Assembly: GCA_951406725.2 (NCBI GenBank)
Contig: OX597822.1
Coordinates: 3,534,001-3,598,000 of the forward strand
Direction: 5' to 3'
Length of the DNA stretch: 64,000 nucleotides
DNA from: Octopus vulgaris
Taxonomy: Eukaryota
Shown here: positions 15,073 through 27,899 of the stretch, piece by piece
Position numbering within the stretch: the first letter of the stretch is position 1
How the letters are laid out: each line of letters starts with the position of its first letter
The notes under the pieces: model-generated
Told to the model about the DNA's origin: nothing
Databases searched by the model: none
Seen by the model: the letters and a program-made list of their open reading frames with translations, nothing else
Position numbers and translations under genes: made by a program

Positions 15073-15583
15073 CCGTAAATCCTCGTGTATAATCCGCATT
15101 TCCCCCAAAAAATTTAAAGATCAAAATCCCTAGTACGTACTATATACGAGGTTAAACATGAAAAATATTTTCTGAGCAATGTCCGAGTCTCTATTTGCTG
15201 TCTGGCAATGTTTATTCAGATGCATTTTGTGATGTTGGGCGCGAAAATACCTTAAGCTAAGCCTGAAAGCAATGAAGTCATAAAAGAGTCATCCATAACT
15301 TGCAGTAAGCAACATTTATTAAACGTTATTACTGTTATTTCTTTATTTCCTAACAAACAAAATGTACAAAAAAGCGACACGTTTGCTTCATGTTATATAT
15401 ACAATAATAATAAAGGGTGTTACCATATACATTTTTACAAAGCAAGGACGTTATATAGACCTACTTGACTCAAGTTAGAGAAGGGGTGCATATTATACAC
15501 AAGTTTAGGTTTTTCAGAGGTACAGCTCTTAAAAATCCCCTGCGTATTAAACTCAAGGGCGGACTATACTCGAGGATTTACGG
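15073..15583. mobile_element. Tc2/pogo-like MITE nested in the Helitron
   Basis: TIRs ccgtaaatcctcgtgtataatccgc / gcggactatactcgaggatttacgg, TA on both sides, internal subterminal repeats. Confidence 0.85.
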
Positions 15584-15713
15584 TATGTCAAACTATGCCA
15601 TTTTAAACCCGAGCAACGCTGGGTATATCTGTTAGTATATACATATATATCCGCATGTGTACATGTGTAAGTGAAATAGAAAGGAACGGAGAATATGAGT
15701 GAGACTGATGGAA

Positions 15714-15758
<45 letters not shown>

Positions 15759-16388
15759 AAGAAAGAGAAAGACAGAGAAATGGAACTATGTTTACTTAAT
15801 AACCATATATGTGTCACATGACATAGGTGCTGGGACCACGTGGCACATAATTCAGAAGTATAGAAAAAAGCATGGCATTTGTACAAATTCGAAATCCGTT
15901 AGGTTTAACTTTAATATGAAAATCCCCAAATGATAAGCCTTATCTAATGTTGACACAAATATTGTAATTGAAGAAATTTACATTTGCATGCGTATGTATG
16001 TTCGTGCGCATGCGTTGTTTTCAGTGTGTTGGTGTCAGTGTAATGGTGTATAGAAATATTTATCTGTTTTCCTATCTACAACGGGAAAGGGATAAACGCG
16101 GAGCGTCGCGTTGGTATTTGATAAAAAGATGACACCTTAGATAAAGACGATGTGTATGGGTGCGATCGAGTTTCTTTGTGTTAATGAGGTTACACATAGA
16201 AAGAAAATCATTATGTATTTGGCTGTGTGTGCGTGTGTCTGTGTGTGTGTGTGCATTTGTGTATCTGCGTTTATATCTATTTTCCTATATCTCTTGATCC
16301 GTATGTGTGCTATATCTATTTATCTCTTTATCTGTAGCCCTCTATCTATCTCTCTCTATCATTCCCCCTCGCTCTCTGTCTCTCTCTG

Positions 16389-16454
<66 letters not shown>

Positions 16455-16455
16455 A

Positions 16456-16491
<36 letters not shown>

Positions 16492-16492
16492 A

Positions 16493-16549
<57 letters not shown>

Positions 16550-16647
16550 ATGAATATATATATATATATATATACTACTAATATAGGATGAATTTTTTTT
16601 ATAGAAAAAATTTCCACAAAAAAATGTGGCAGCATATTAAAATTAGC

Positions 16648-16688
<41 letters not shown>

Positions 16689-16692
<4 letters not shown>

Positions 16693-17000
16693 TATATTAA
16701 ATTAGAGATAAAACCAGTATTAGGCAAATTATACAATGAAAAACTTAAGCCAATACATAAGATTAATTAATTTATATTATTTTAAATATATATCAAAATT
16801 ATTTTAATAATTTTGATATATATTTAAAATAATATAAATTAATTAATCTTATGTATTGGCTTAAGTTTTTCATTGTATGATTTGCCTAATAGTGGTTTTA
16901 TCTCTAATTTAATATAATATTCTACTATAAAATTGGATTCAATCCTAAATCTGATTTTTCCCTGTAAGTTTGGATTTATTCCCTAATATTTTATTATATA
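16689..17000. repeat. 232-bp near-perfect palindrome plus ~80-bp unpaired tail, within (TA)n
   Basis: Arms 16689-16803 and 16806-16920 (2 mismatches seen), centre TT; tail resembles the reverse complement of 50955-51000. Confidence 0.9.
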
Positions 17001-17004
17001 TATA

Positions 17005-17320
17005 CATATTCTGCTGTGTCTGGGGACAGTCATTTTCTTTTTGTGCCTTATAATCCACTTATTTCTTATTTTTATTTTCCTAAAATTTTTGTTGCGTCTT
17101 GCAACATTTTCAATAGCCAAGACTATTGAAAAAGTTGCAAGAAGCAATGAAAATTTTAAGAAAATAAAAACAAGAAATAAGTGAAAATTTTATCGGTGAA
17201 AATTTTATCGGTGAAAATTTTAAGGCACAAAAAGAAAATGACTCTCCCTATATACAACAGAATATGCTTCAATACACGAACTCACATAAAGAATCTTGCA
17301 AACCAAATCCCAAAATGAAA
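17005..17320. repeat. Imperfect ~260-bp hairpin plus tail element
   Basis: catattctgctgtg...tttgtgcctta pairs with taaggcacaaa...caacagaatatg; centre caatag-ccaaga-ctattg. Confidence 0.8.
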
Positions 17321-17525
17321 TATATATACATCTATACATGAAATATGTAAATTAATATACCATATATTATCCAAACGCATGCAGGGGAACATATACATAT
17401 CCACACATGACTTTGGCATTTTCCCTATATATGTGCCTGCGTGCATGCATGTGTGTGTGTGTATGTGTTTGTGTCTGGTGCACGTGTGTGTGTACGCTAT
17501 ATCAGGTATACTTTAAACTCCCAGG

Positions 17526-17747
17526 AGGCGGCGAGCTTGCAGAAACGTTAGCACGCCGGGCGAAATGCGTAGCCGTTACGTCCTGAGTTCAAATTCCGCC
17601 GAGGTCGACTTTGACTTTCATCCTTTCGGGGTCTATTAGATAAGTACCTGTTACGCACTGTGGTCGATATAATCGACTTAATCCGTTTGTCTGCCCATGT
17701 TTGTCCTCTCTGTGTTTAGCCTCTTGTGGGCAGTAAAGAAATAGGTA
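17526..17747 (+). mobile_element. SINE family C (tRNA-like head)
   Basis: ggcggcgagcttgcagaaacgttagcacgccgggcgaaatgc...gagttcaaattccgccgaggtcgac...agtaaagaaatagg; degenerate relatives at ~3700-4700, 19300, 22820, 23730, 44585 and 58665. Confidence 0.85.
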
Positions 17748-19294
17748 TGATTTAAACTCCCAGTTATACGTTAACATTAACAAAAAAATATAATCAGCAT
17801 ATGCGAATGTTGTACAGCAACATGAGTTATATTATAAGTATTGCTGGGTGTGTTTCCTCAGGAAAGGTCAATCAGTGAAGAACATTTCGTTTAACATCAT
17901 AAGAAGAAATGGAAAACTGCTTACATAACATCACGTTCCATCAAAACTGTGTTAACCTGATTGTTTTTAAAATTGCGTTTTCTTTTATGTGTTTACTAAT
18001 CTTTATTTAAGAAAATCTCTTTTTCCAGGTTATACATGTGTGTGTGTTTGCGTTTATGTGTGTGTGCTTGTGCGTGCGTGTGTGTATGTGCGTCTATGTG
18101 TGTGTGAGAGAGAGAGAGAGAGAAAGGGAGAGCATGAAAGTGAGAGGGGAGAAAAAGATAGAGAATGTGTGTGTGTATGTGTGTTTGTGTGTGTGTGGGG
18201 GGGGTGTAACCTGTAATATGATATTCCTAAATGTCTTTTGATATTCCAATCATCAAAGAATTTCAAGGCAACTGCGTGTAAAGATTCGTTTTCTCATTTC
18301 CTTAAGTATAAATCCAATGTGAACGAAGGACGAATTCCATGGAAGCGATATAATTGCACTTATATGATCTCACAATATCCTTGAATATCCCTAAGTATGC
18401 ACGCAGAAAGTTTAAACCATCCTTCATGCTTGTGCAATACGCTACCCATCGCTAACAGCGTTAGAAACATAATTAAATTACAATTAGACGTTAAACGTCT
18501 TTCTGACACACGATGAGAATACATCTTGTAGGTAGAGGGCTCTTTTCTTAGTAGAAAGCAATACAAGTGAATTGCTAGCAACTTTTATTATATCCATGAA
18601 TAAATCTAGTGGAAGCAAGACGTTTATTTCTTCCTCATAATACTTCTGAGGTTGATGTAAAGTGTATCTGATATGTAAAAATGCACTCCAAAACATTTCA
18701 GGAAAGAACCCTTAGCATCAAGAGAAAAAGGATGCACATTCCGCATGCCACTATTATGTAAATATATACTTTTCTAGAGAAGGCTTTCCCTAACCTCTTC
18801 AGTGTGTATAAAACCAACGCACTCATAAACTGCAAATTTACAATTGCAATATACCACGTGAGGAGCATTGAAGGGCATAATAGGCACACCACCACAATAC
18901 AGCAGAAATGGCTGACAATACAAGTGAAAGCAGCAAATATTCATATTCTATCAACAGGCCATAGAGAAACACAATGTATCAATAATAATTGTTGAAGTGA
19001 TAATTATGTTCACGCCTCAGACACACATAGGGCTGAGACATATTACAGAAGATGCACGAATACACGTTCAAGAAACAAGTTTCTAGATATAGATTAATTG
19101 GTCTTAAAAATGATCTACAACTAACACAAAGAAATGCTAATTGTTGTTTTTTTATCTATTAATTTAATTGAAATACAATTTACTGTAAATACCGCTTATT
19201 GCTTATAGCCCAATATGAAGAACAACATCGCATTTTTCGGCATTACTTTCGCGCAAATAGTGCAATAAAACATAATTAAAAAAAAGGAACATAA

Positions 19295-19485
19295 TCCTTC
19301 CTGCTAAAAGCAAAAAGCCTGAAATTTGATGGGAGGGGACTAATCGGTTACATTGACCCCAGTGTTTCACGGGTACTTAATTTATCGACCCTGAAAGGTA
19401 ACGTTGACTATGGTGGAATTTGAAGTCAGAAATGTCACTCAGCATTTTGACCGATTTGCTAACGATTCTGCTGGTTGGCAGTCTG
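19295..19485 (-). mobile_element. Degenerate SINE family C
   Basis: gaccccagtg...ggtacttaatttatcgaccctgaaagg...ggaatttgaagtcagaa. Confidence 0.65.
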
Positions 19486-20261
19486 AAAAAATGAGGCTAA
19501 ATCATTTACATTATTTACATTGTTGTAATGGTTCAGTATTTGCATAAGAAATAAAGTTATTAATAGAAAACCATTGTCTGTCATTAATTTTCTTATATGC
19601 ATAATATCAATAGAAAACGGAAGAAATGGTTCCTTAATGACAGTTGTCCTTATTTTAAAACCAGTTCTAAATGCATGCTATAACTGAACAAAACCACTTT
19701 ACAAGGTTCACTCCACTTTTATAGGACAATTAGCGGAATATACGAATATGTGTTGAATATGAATACAACTTACCTTCAAATCTGTTGTGCATAAAAGATA
19801 TAAGTGAAAATGTTCATAGAAAACTGGTTCAATTTCATGTCAGAGAACCTTCACCCAGAAGTGTCCACCATAAAGCAGTACAGATTTGGAGTTTACTTTT
19901 CCACTGGTGGTTTCACTGCGCGCCCAGTCAAGGGTTATTGGAAAATGTTGCTACAAAAAACAAGAAAACATTTGCTTGTCAAGTAGGGACAAAAGCATTT
20001 GCTATTATTCTGTTTTGGGAATTAAAAACCTTCTCCTATTCAATATCAGTACAAAGATAGTATATCAGAATATAGAATGGTATTGTATACGTGGAATTTC
20101 TTCCCGGAACTTACAGTAAATATCAATTAAGTTGTCGCGTTGAATTCGGCTATGGAATATGGCATCGGTTAAATGCTGGATGAGGAAATGATACATATAT
20201 AAATTCAGCACACAAATAATGATGTTTAAGTTTTAGGACTATTCTGTATTTTATTTTTGTT

Positions 20262-20810
20262 TTACTTGCTTCGGTTGTTTGACCACGAATCAACCCCAAG
20301 ATTTACACTTATTTTTTTAAGCTAAGTACTTATTGCACCAGCATCTTTTGCCGAACCGCTAGGTCACAGGAGTGTAAATACGCCAATACCGCTTCTCAAG
20401 TAGAGATGGGAAACAAACACACACACACATACACATATATGCACAACGGGCTTCTTTCAGTTTCCGTGTACCAAATCCAGTCACGGGGACATAGTAGAAG
20501 ACACTTACCCAAGATGCCATGCAGTGGTACTGAACCTGGAGCCATGCTTTTAGAATTAAAAACCTTCTATTCAATATCCGTATATAGAATGATATGGCAT
20601 GCGTGGAATTTTTTTCCTGAAGTTACATACATTTTTTGTAACCTGTCTCGTTGCGTTCAGGTATAGAATATGGCATCGATTAAATGTTGAATCAAGAAAT
20701 ACTACATAAATTAATTCGGTAGACAAACTAGGTCCCATGCAGTAGGACTGAACCCGAAACTATGTGATTGGAAACAAGCTTCTGACCACACTGCCACACC
20801 TTCGCCTCTA
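20262..20810 (-). mobile_element. SINE family A interrupted in its head by a ~180-bp copy of upstream DNA
   Basis: Family A motifs at 20262-20548 and 20733-20808; the intervening 20552-20727 resembles 20018-20216. Confidence 0.7.
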
Positions 20811-22010
20811 TGAATAAAATTTGATGAATGACATGTCACAGGATCTTGAAAAACATAAAAATTGTTTCAATAAGGCACTTTCTGGTACTGGAATGGCATT
20901 CGTGGAAGTTCGTCAAATGTGGTATATTGCATTTACTAAGGCTTCAAGCTGCTAATGGCATTACAGCAACGCTTTTAGAAGTAGACGACCTGCACATTCC
21001 ATTTTGAAACTGCCCCTTCATATCATGACCCGATGTGAACAACTACTCAAGCAGGAACAAATTCCTGCAAAGATTGAAAATGATCATTTGGTATGAATTA
21101 ACCATGAATCACAAACGGTTTGTTAGAGCATGGTCTAGACAAAATAGAATCTGAGAGACAGCTCAACAGTTATAGGAGAAAGATATGATATTGTTCTTAA
21201 TGTCGATTTTAAACTGGACTTGAATTTCCTCGAATGTAACCAAATGAGCAGATGGATATTTTCTTAAAAACTTATTTTCCCTGGCCTTCATATAAAAGGA
21301 CTGACCCTTACTGCTATTATGCGAGGATGTTTGAATGGGGGATAATGCTATTTATAGATTCGACAAAACGTTGTTCAAACTGGAAAACGAACTTCTAGAA
21401 TGGGGCTTCAAGGACTAAATTAATTGTCGCTTGGTTATTTAAATGATGCGGAACAAGAACTGATGGTTTTTTTCTAAGGTATCTTTCAGACAATGTGATC
21501 GCTAACGGATCTGAGAACGAATAAACTTAGCACAGGAAAATGTCGTGGTGAGATGAGTCAACAGAATGCTACAGGACAAGCTACTGAAAACAGATTGAGA
21601 TCAATTTTTATGGTCACATTATAAAACCTATTTCCATTTAATCGAACGGAATTTGCACTGTGGATTAGTTTCCTGCATCAAAATGCAATATAATCGCGTC
21701 TATTATACCGTATACTCCTGCATTTCTTTATACATGCCGCAGTATAATATGCTAGGCTACATTAATCTGTAGAACATTTTACTGCATTATCTAAAACACG
21801 ATCAACGTTGTAATCCCGAGCCGTAGGTTCAAATGCTGAACTAAAAGTCACGCACCAATATTCATACCACTTGCGGAGTACTGCTCTATAACACACAACG
21901 CTATAATACCCCATGCTATACAAAACTATATTAAGCTCTACTGCACTGTATTATAATAATGATGCGCTAGCATGCACCACAATTATACGGCATTATACTT
22001 ACACCGCAGT

Positions 22011-22330
22011 GGAGGCGCAATGGCCAAGTGGTTAGGGCAACGGACTCGAGATCGGAGGATCGCGGTTTCGATTCCCAGACCGGGAGTTGTGTGTGTTTAT
22101 TGAACGAAAACGCCTAAAGCTCCACGAGGCTCCGGTAGGGAGTGGTGGTTACCCCTGTTGTGCTCTTTCGCCCCAACTTGCTCTCACTCTTTCTTACTGT
22201 TTCTTGGGTAACGCTGCGATGGACTGGCGTCCCATCCAGCTGGGTGGGGGGAACGCATACGCCTCAGAAACAGGGAAACCAGGCCCATGAGCCTGGCTAG
22301 GCTTGAAAAGGGCGCATAAATAAATAAAAA
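22011..22330 (+). mobile_element. SINE family B, tail type 2, with 16-bp TSD
   Basis: TSD atacttacaccgcagt at 21995-22010 and 22331-22346; tail ctgcgatggactggcgtcccatccag...gcataaataaataaaaa. Confidence 0.93.
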
Positions 22331-23124
22331 ATACTTACACCGCAGTATTTTTCTGCACTACAGTACAGTTTAACATGTTGCTATAGTTATTAAATAAACC
22401 CAGACAAGCATGAAAAAGTGAACGTAAAATGGCGATGATAATGAAATACTATAGGAGGCTGCGACAAACTTTACCACATTAAACTTGCACTGTACTATAC
22501 TACATGCCATTTCATTCTATTATACTATTCAATGCAACAATATTCTATGCTATCTTACACAATCTCTATATTACAGTACTGTACACAAGACAGCATTGCA
22601 TTACGTGATACTAAAAGACAATATATTATACTAAACTTCACAACACTATATTCCATTAAATATACCGAGGTCGATTCTGTGAACTATTACCATTTTCATA
22701 TTATAGTGTGATGTGCCAAAAGAAGAAATCAATAATTACTTTATCACAATATATTTTAACCTTGAGATATAAACTGACATCAATTTGAAGCATTAATATA
22801 TTATTACATTATCTTTTTAACAAAGGCACAAGGCCAGGAATTTTAGAGGAGGCGGTTATATCGACCGCAGTGCTTGATTAGCACTTATTTTATCGACGCC
22901 GGGAAGGATGAAAAACAAAATTGATCTCGAGGAGATTGAAAGTAAAAGTTGACCTCCTGGTGTTAACTCAAGACTTAAACAGCCACATCATTTATTGCAA
23001 TGCATTTTGCACCGACGCTCTAACGTGTTTGCAGTATATTGCAGTATATGTTTGCAATATACTGCTCTTGATAAACACATAAAAGACGTCACAATGTAAC
23101 AGACTGCGACGCTAAATTATACCA

Positions 23125-23186
<62 letters not shown>

Positions 23187-23324
23187 TGCCTAGCATATAA
23201 CATATTTACTATTAAAACTACAAGTGATACATTGACAAAAATCGTAGACGGTATCGCCTTAAAGATTTGAATTCATGAATTCAAATCCGACCAAGATCAT
23301 TATTGACAATAGTCCACTCGGAAC

Positions 23325-23594
23325 CTTTTGGAAGCACTCCGTCGGTTACGACAACGAGGGTTCCGGTTGATCCGAATCAACGGAACAGCCTGTTCGTGAA
23401 ATTAACGTGTAAGTGGCTGAGCACTCCACAGACACGTGTACCCTTAACGTAGTTCTCGGGGATATTCAGCGTGACACAGAGAGTGACAAGGCCGGCCCTT
23501 TGAAATACAGGTACAACAGAAAACAGGAAGTAAGAGTGAGAGAAAGTTGTGGTGAAAGAGTACAGCAGGGATCACCACCATCCCCTGCCGGAGT
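23325..23594 (-). mobile_element. 5'-truncated SINE family B, tail type 3, with 10-bp TSD
   Basis: cactcggaac at 23315-23324 and 23595-23604; shares the family B core (ccggcagggg...gatccctgctgtactctttcaccacaactttctctcactctt) and then diverges. Confidence 0.85.
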
Positions 23595-23729
23595 CACTCG
23601 GAACTAATATATTAATAGCTATCAACAGGGTAGTTTCATTTAATAGTTTGTTTAGTATACCAATAAAAATGATGGGTTTGTACAAAATTATTGATGTGTC
23701 CAAATTACAGCGGTGGACTGGATGAAATA

Positions 23730-23950
23730 ACCCTTTCTACTATAGGCAGAAGGCCTGAAATTTTGTGGGGTGGGGTATTGAGTATTGTCGGTTATATCGA
23801 TCACAGTTCTCAACTATTACTTATTTTATTGACACCGAACGGATGAAAAGTAAAGTTGACCTCAATGGAATTTAGAATCAGAACGTAAAGACGGACGAAA
23901 TGCCGCTAAGAATTTTATCTGGCGCGCCAACTATTTTGCCCCGTTACCAC
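23730..23950 (-). mobile_element. Degenerate SINE family C
   Basis: cctttctactataggc...ggatgaaaagtaaagttgacctc...ggaattt...agacggacgaaatgccgctaag. Confidence 0.7.
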
Positions 23951-24169
23951 TTTGGACTGCAAGTAATATTCAAGTACGTTAAGTTTGTTTTTTTTCTAAT
24001 ACCTTCTGAGTCAAATCTTCCCATTCCCTTCTTGTGGGATTAAGCAACTTCCAACTTATTCTAGTATCAATTCAGTTGATGAAACACTTCCCTAGAAACA
24101 ATAAGCAATGCATATGTTCTCACGGTAACACATCTCCAACCTACTGCGTGGCTTATACTACAGTAAGAA

Positions 24170-24620
24170 ATCTGTAAAACATGACAATACTTTCTTCGTC
24201 CTTCGGTTGCGTAGATGATCCAGACACCACCGTTTCTGCACTGCTTGAAGCGGAAGGGAAATACTGAGCAGTTCTCTTATTTTACACATTTCGTGCGATA
24301 AAAGTCCATCAGTGAGGATATTTCTTGATGTTGCAGGCGTGCGGTAACTCGACTGCCGCTGCGAAATGTCGGTTGTTTCGTGTCCTTGCTTAAACTGAAC
24401 TTGGATTGTAGTAAGGGTGGTTTGCGCTCGACGTCCTATCTCATTCTCTCGTCTGTAAATACTTAGACCAGTGGCAAGGCGACCAAAATGACTGCTGGGA
24501 GGTAATATCAAGGATGTGGTGGGACGTCGAGGTTGATCTATGTCGCTGAACGTGTTGGAATTACAAGTCTGTAACAGATTGATCATTGATGGTTGGAGTT
24601 CCTCTGCAGAGTACAACCGG
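24170..24620 (-). pseudogene. Possible highly degraded Tc1-like transposase fragment
   Basis: Weak resemblance only (DQPRRPTT; IGRRAQTTLTTIQVQF...ISQR) to the Tc1 DNA-binding region. Confidence 0.3.
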
Positions 24621-24751
24621 TAAAAAACATGTTTGCATCACATCAACATATTATACAACACAACACAGCAACAACTTCAGCATAATTCCTAGAAACAATT
24701 GTATTGGAGCGCCAAGAAAAATACCATTTAGTTACGTACAGTACCCTTTTC

Positions 24752-25193
24752 GGATCTTTTCGGTTTGAACGGCAGTTTTTAACATAATTTCTAGGTAACT
24801 AAAAAAATTTAAACTTCGTATACTGGTAGAATGTGTATATAAAACATCTTTTTCTCTTGGCTTTATTGAGAGAATTCTATACATTGTAAGATATTTGTTG
24901 TTTTTTTTTCTTCAATTTCTGCAATTTCAACCAATCACTGACGTCTATTGAGGGAAAAAAAAACATTCTGTGCCGTATGAATATGTCTCTCGTTTAAGAA
25001 ACAGATTGGGTTTATTTACATTTGTGAAGAAGAAAAGATACCCTTCCTCCACCCCTAACCCTAACCCTAACCCTAACTAACCCTAACCCTAAAACAGATT
25101 GAAATGCAATAGATCGATACTAGGGTCATAATTATGGGTGACAATTTCATATGACACCGCTAGAAAAAACTGCCGTTCAAACCGAAAAGATCC
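24752..25193 (+). mobile_element. Merlin-like MITE with internal (CCCTAA)n
   Basis: ~29-bp TIRs ggatcttttcggtttgaacggcagttttt; 8-bp TSD cccttttc/ctcttttc; about 6 CCCTAA units at 25053-25092. Confidence 0.88.
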
Positions 25194-25642
25194 CTCTTTT
25201 CCAATAGCGACTGTATCTTCTTTATTCTTTGTCCTTTAGGGATAAATAAAAGAAAGTATCAGTCTTTTGCTAAAATATATATTATCGACTGTACCCTCGT
25301 AGAAAATTACGTGGCTATATGCCAACGTGAGGCTTCAACAGTACACACAAAGAATCATTATATGTAAGAAACACTGATATATTTTAAGTCGTTTCCAGCT
25401 CAATAGTTCATCTATTTCTAGAGTATAAACATGTTTCCAATAACAAGCACTTAAAAAATGGTCGGACACCGAAGCGGTCGCGTATTTTTAGCTGCCCTAA
25501 ATGTAGTTTTATTATGCCAATATTCTAACTGACCTTAGTAATGTACTTTAAAGAATTCACAGTGAATTTAAGTACAGTGGCAAATCTAGTTATAAGTTAT
25601 TGATAATTCCACAAATATTATACAACTGAAAAGAAAGTCTAC

Positions 25643-25677
<35 letters not shown>

Positions 25678-26908
25678 GAAAACACAATCGTGAAGACACA
25701 CAAATACGCACAAACATACATACATACAGGTGTGAACGCACCAAAAACCGAATAGTTAAGAAGTATGCTTAGCTATCACGAAGTCGCAGGTTCGATTTCA
25801 CTGCATAGCATATCGAAGAAAATGTATTTTGCTGTTTCCTTGGGTGGACTCGAGCGTTTTGAATGAAATTACGTAAATAAAAATTGTGCAGAATCCTGAA
25901 ATATGAATTGCTCCTGAAATTCAAAAATATAGCCTTGTCACTGCCTGAGAATTTTATTTAGAGTACATTTGGCTGTGGAATATTCAACAATTTATACGCT
26001 AATTCAATGAGGAGGTGATGTTCATCTCAAACCGACGGAGATCAAATTTATTATCCAATTGCAAAATTTCTAATCATCATTAAAAAGAATTGGAAAATGA
26101 CCGAAAGTCAATAGTTTTTACATCGAGCAGTCCGGAATAGGAGGAGTAGGAGGAGGAGATAGTGACGATACAATTGCAACATCAGCTTACTGGAAGCAAC
26201 ACTATTTCCTCTCTACACTTCTGTTCGCTTCATTACGTCATTAACGTCGATTGATTAATTACAAAAATACCTTACTTCTAAATATAGCTTAAAGCAGGTC
26301 TCATACACTTTTGATGTATCTGTAACTCAGAGATTCGTCGGAGAAAGAGATAATGTTACTCTTAAAGCAGAAACGTGGTCCGACTGCTGCCCTTGAGTAA
26401 AGTCCACCGACAAAAGCACTCAAAGTCCATTGGGCCAAGCCGGACATTTAATAAAGTCGAACACCTAAGCCTAGGAAAGCTCCAGCAGTATTCTACGGAG
26501 TTGGTATTCTAAAAAATATCATTGACAAAACATTATGCCACAGGCTGTTAAGATAAGAAATATTTACTCAAACTGCAACATGGTAACATCTGACCGGTAA
26601 CTACGAGGTTTAGAAGTGAACGTCTTATCCATACACCGATAATTTAGCTACGCGGCTCTTTGCATAATGTAAGTGTCTTATTGCAAATATTTGCATTATT
26701 CTCCCACTGGCCATCATATTTAAATGCACTAATGACACGCAAGCAAGGCCAACATCTCATAGATTCCACCTAAGATAAAGATGAACGAAGAATGCAAATG
26801 GAAACTAAATTATTTAACTCGAGAGAGGCATTGGATTCGGTGACTAAAATGTAATGAAAAAATGTGTGCGGACCTTCATATCGGCAAAACGACGGACACA
26901 CTGGTGTG

Positions 26909-26913
<5 letters not shown>

Positions 26914-26973
<60 letters not shown>

Positions 26974-26981
26974 CATGTATG

Positions 26982-27034
<53 letters not shown>

Positions 27035-27109
27035 GTATACATATATATATATATACGTATATATATATATGTATATCTATATATATACACATATGTATAT
27101 ATATGTATA

Positions 27110-27158
<49 letters not shown>

Positions 27159-27174
27159 TGTATTGATATAAATC

Positions 27175-27240
<66 letters not shown>

Positions 27241-27260
27241 CATATACACATGTATGATAT
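26914..27260. repeat. (TA)n-dominated microsatellite
   Basis: Read directly from the sequence. Confidence 0.95.
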
Positions 27261-27899
27261 ATATCATGTTACAACCAACTTTAAAAAATGGAACTACGAA
27301 TGCATTGCCGTCACTCGCAAACAATTATGATTGACGATATGTATGAGGCTTTCGTAGTTGCGAACTGACAGAAACACTTGTTCGTATTTTCACACACTTG
27401 ATACAGTGGAACATGGACCAATGGAAAAGTGGAAAGAGAGATAGCTGCACCAGTACTCGGCTGATTCAAATTATCCTCGAAGGTGAAATGAAATACTGCC
27501 ACTGTTTTCAAGGACTCGAGGTACTACCTTCTCCAGGAATCGATCACATATCGTTATGATCACGAGTTTATCAGAGTAAATACTAAGTTGCACAACGTGT
27601 TCTAAAATTAACTTTGGATCCCGACAGGCTAGATAATTTAAGAAGATTACATACTTAAAACCAAAGAAAGATACCAGGCATTAAAATAGAACAGATGAAG
27701 AAGAAAATAGTAAAAGAAAATATAGAGCTAAATATTAGCATAGAATCTATAAACAGTGTGAAGGTAAATCACGAGTATAAACAGAACTTCTCCAAAGTAA
27801 ACATATGAATGCAAGTGAAGATGAGAATTATCTCAGAGCAGACGTATCTAAGGCTAGAAATATTGAATATGAAAAATAAATCTAAAAGTGGAAATAGTT

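Larger units (their letters stand above)
13317..15635 (+). mobile_element. Deleted Helitron
   Basis: Candidate 5' A|TC-(TA)n-AAAAG...(TG)n start; internal Pif1-like helicase relic; 3' hairpin acccgagcaacgctgggt (15607-15624) then TTAG|T, a variant of CTAG|T. The 5' boundary is the least certain part. Confidence 0.7.

Noticed and set aside
18300-18700. Possible MULE transposase motifs on the minus strand
   Set aside because: Candidate motifs are weak and in the wrong order
22011-22085. tRNA genes at SINE heads (also 6498, 11008, 30138, 58116)
   Set aside because: No complete acceptor stem or oligo-T terminator seen; each continues into a SINE body
25053-25092. Telomeric repeat suggesting a chromosome end or fusion site
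   Set aside because: Short and internal to a TIR/TSD-bounded MITE present twice in the window
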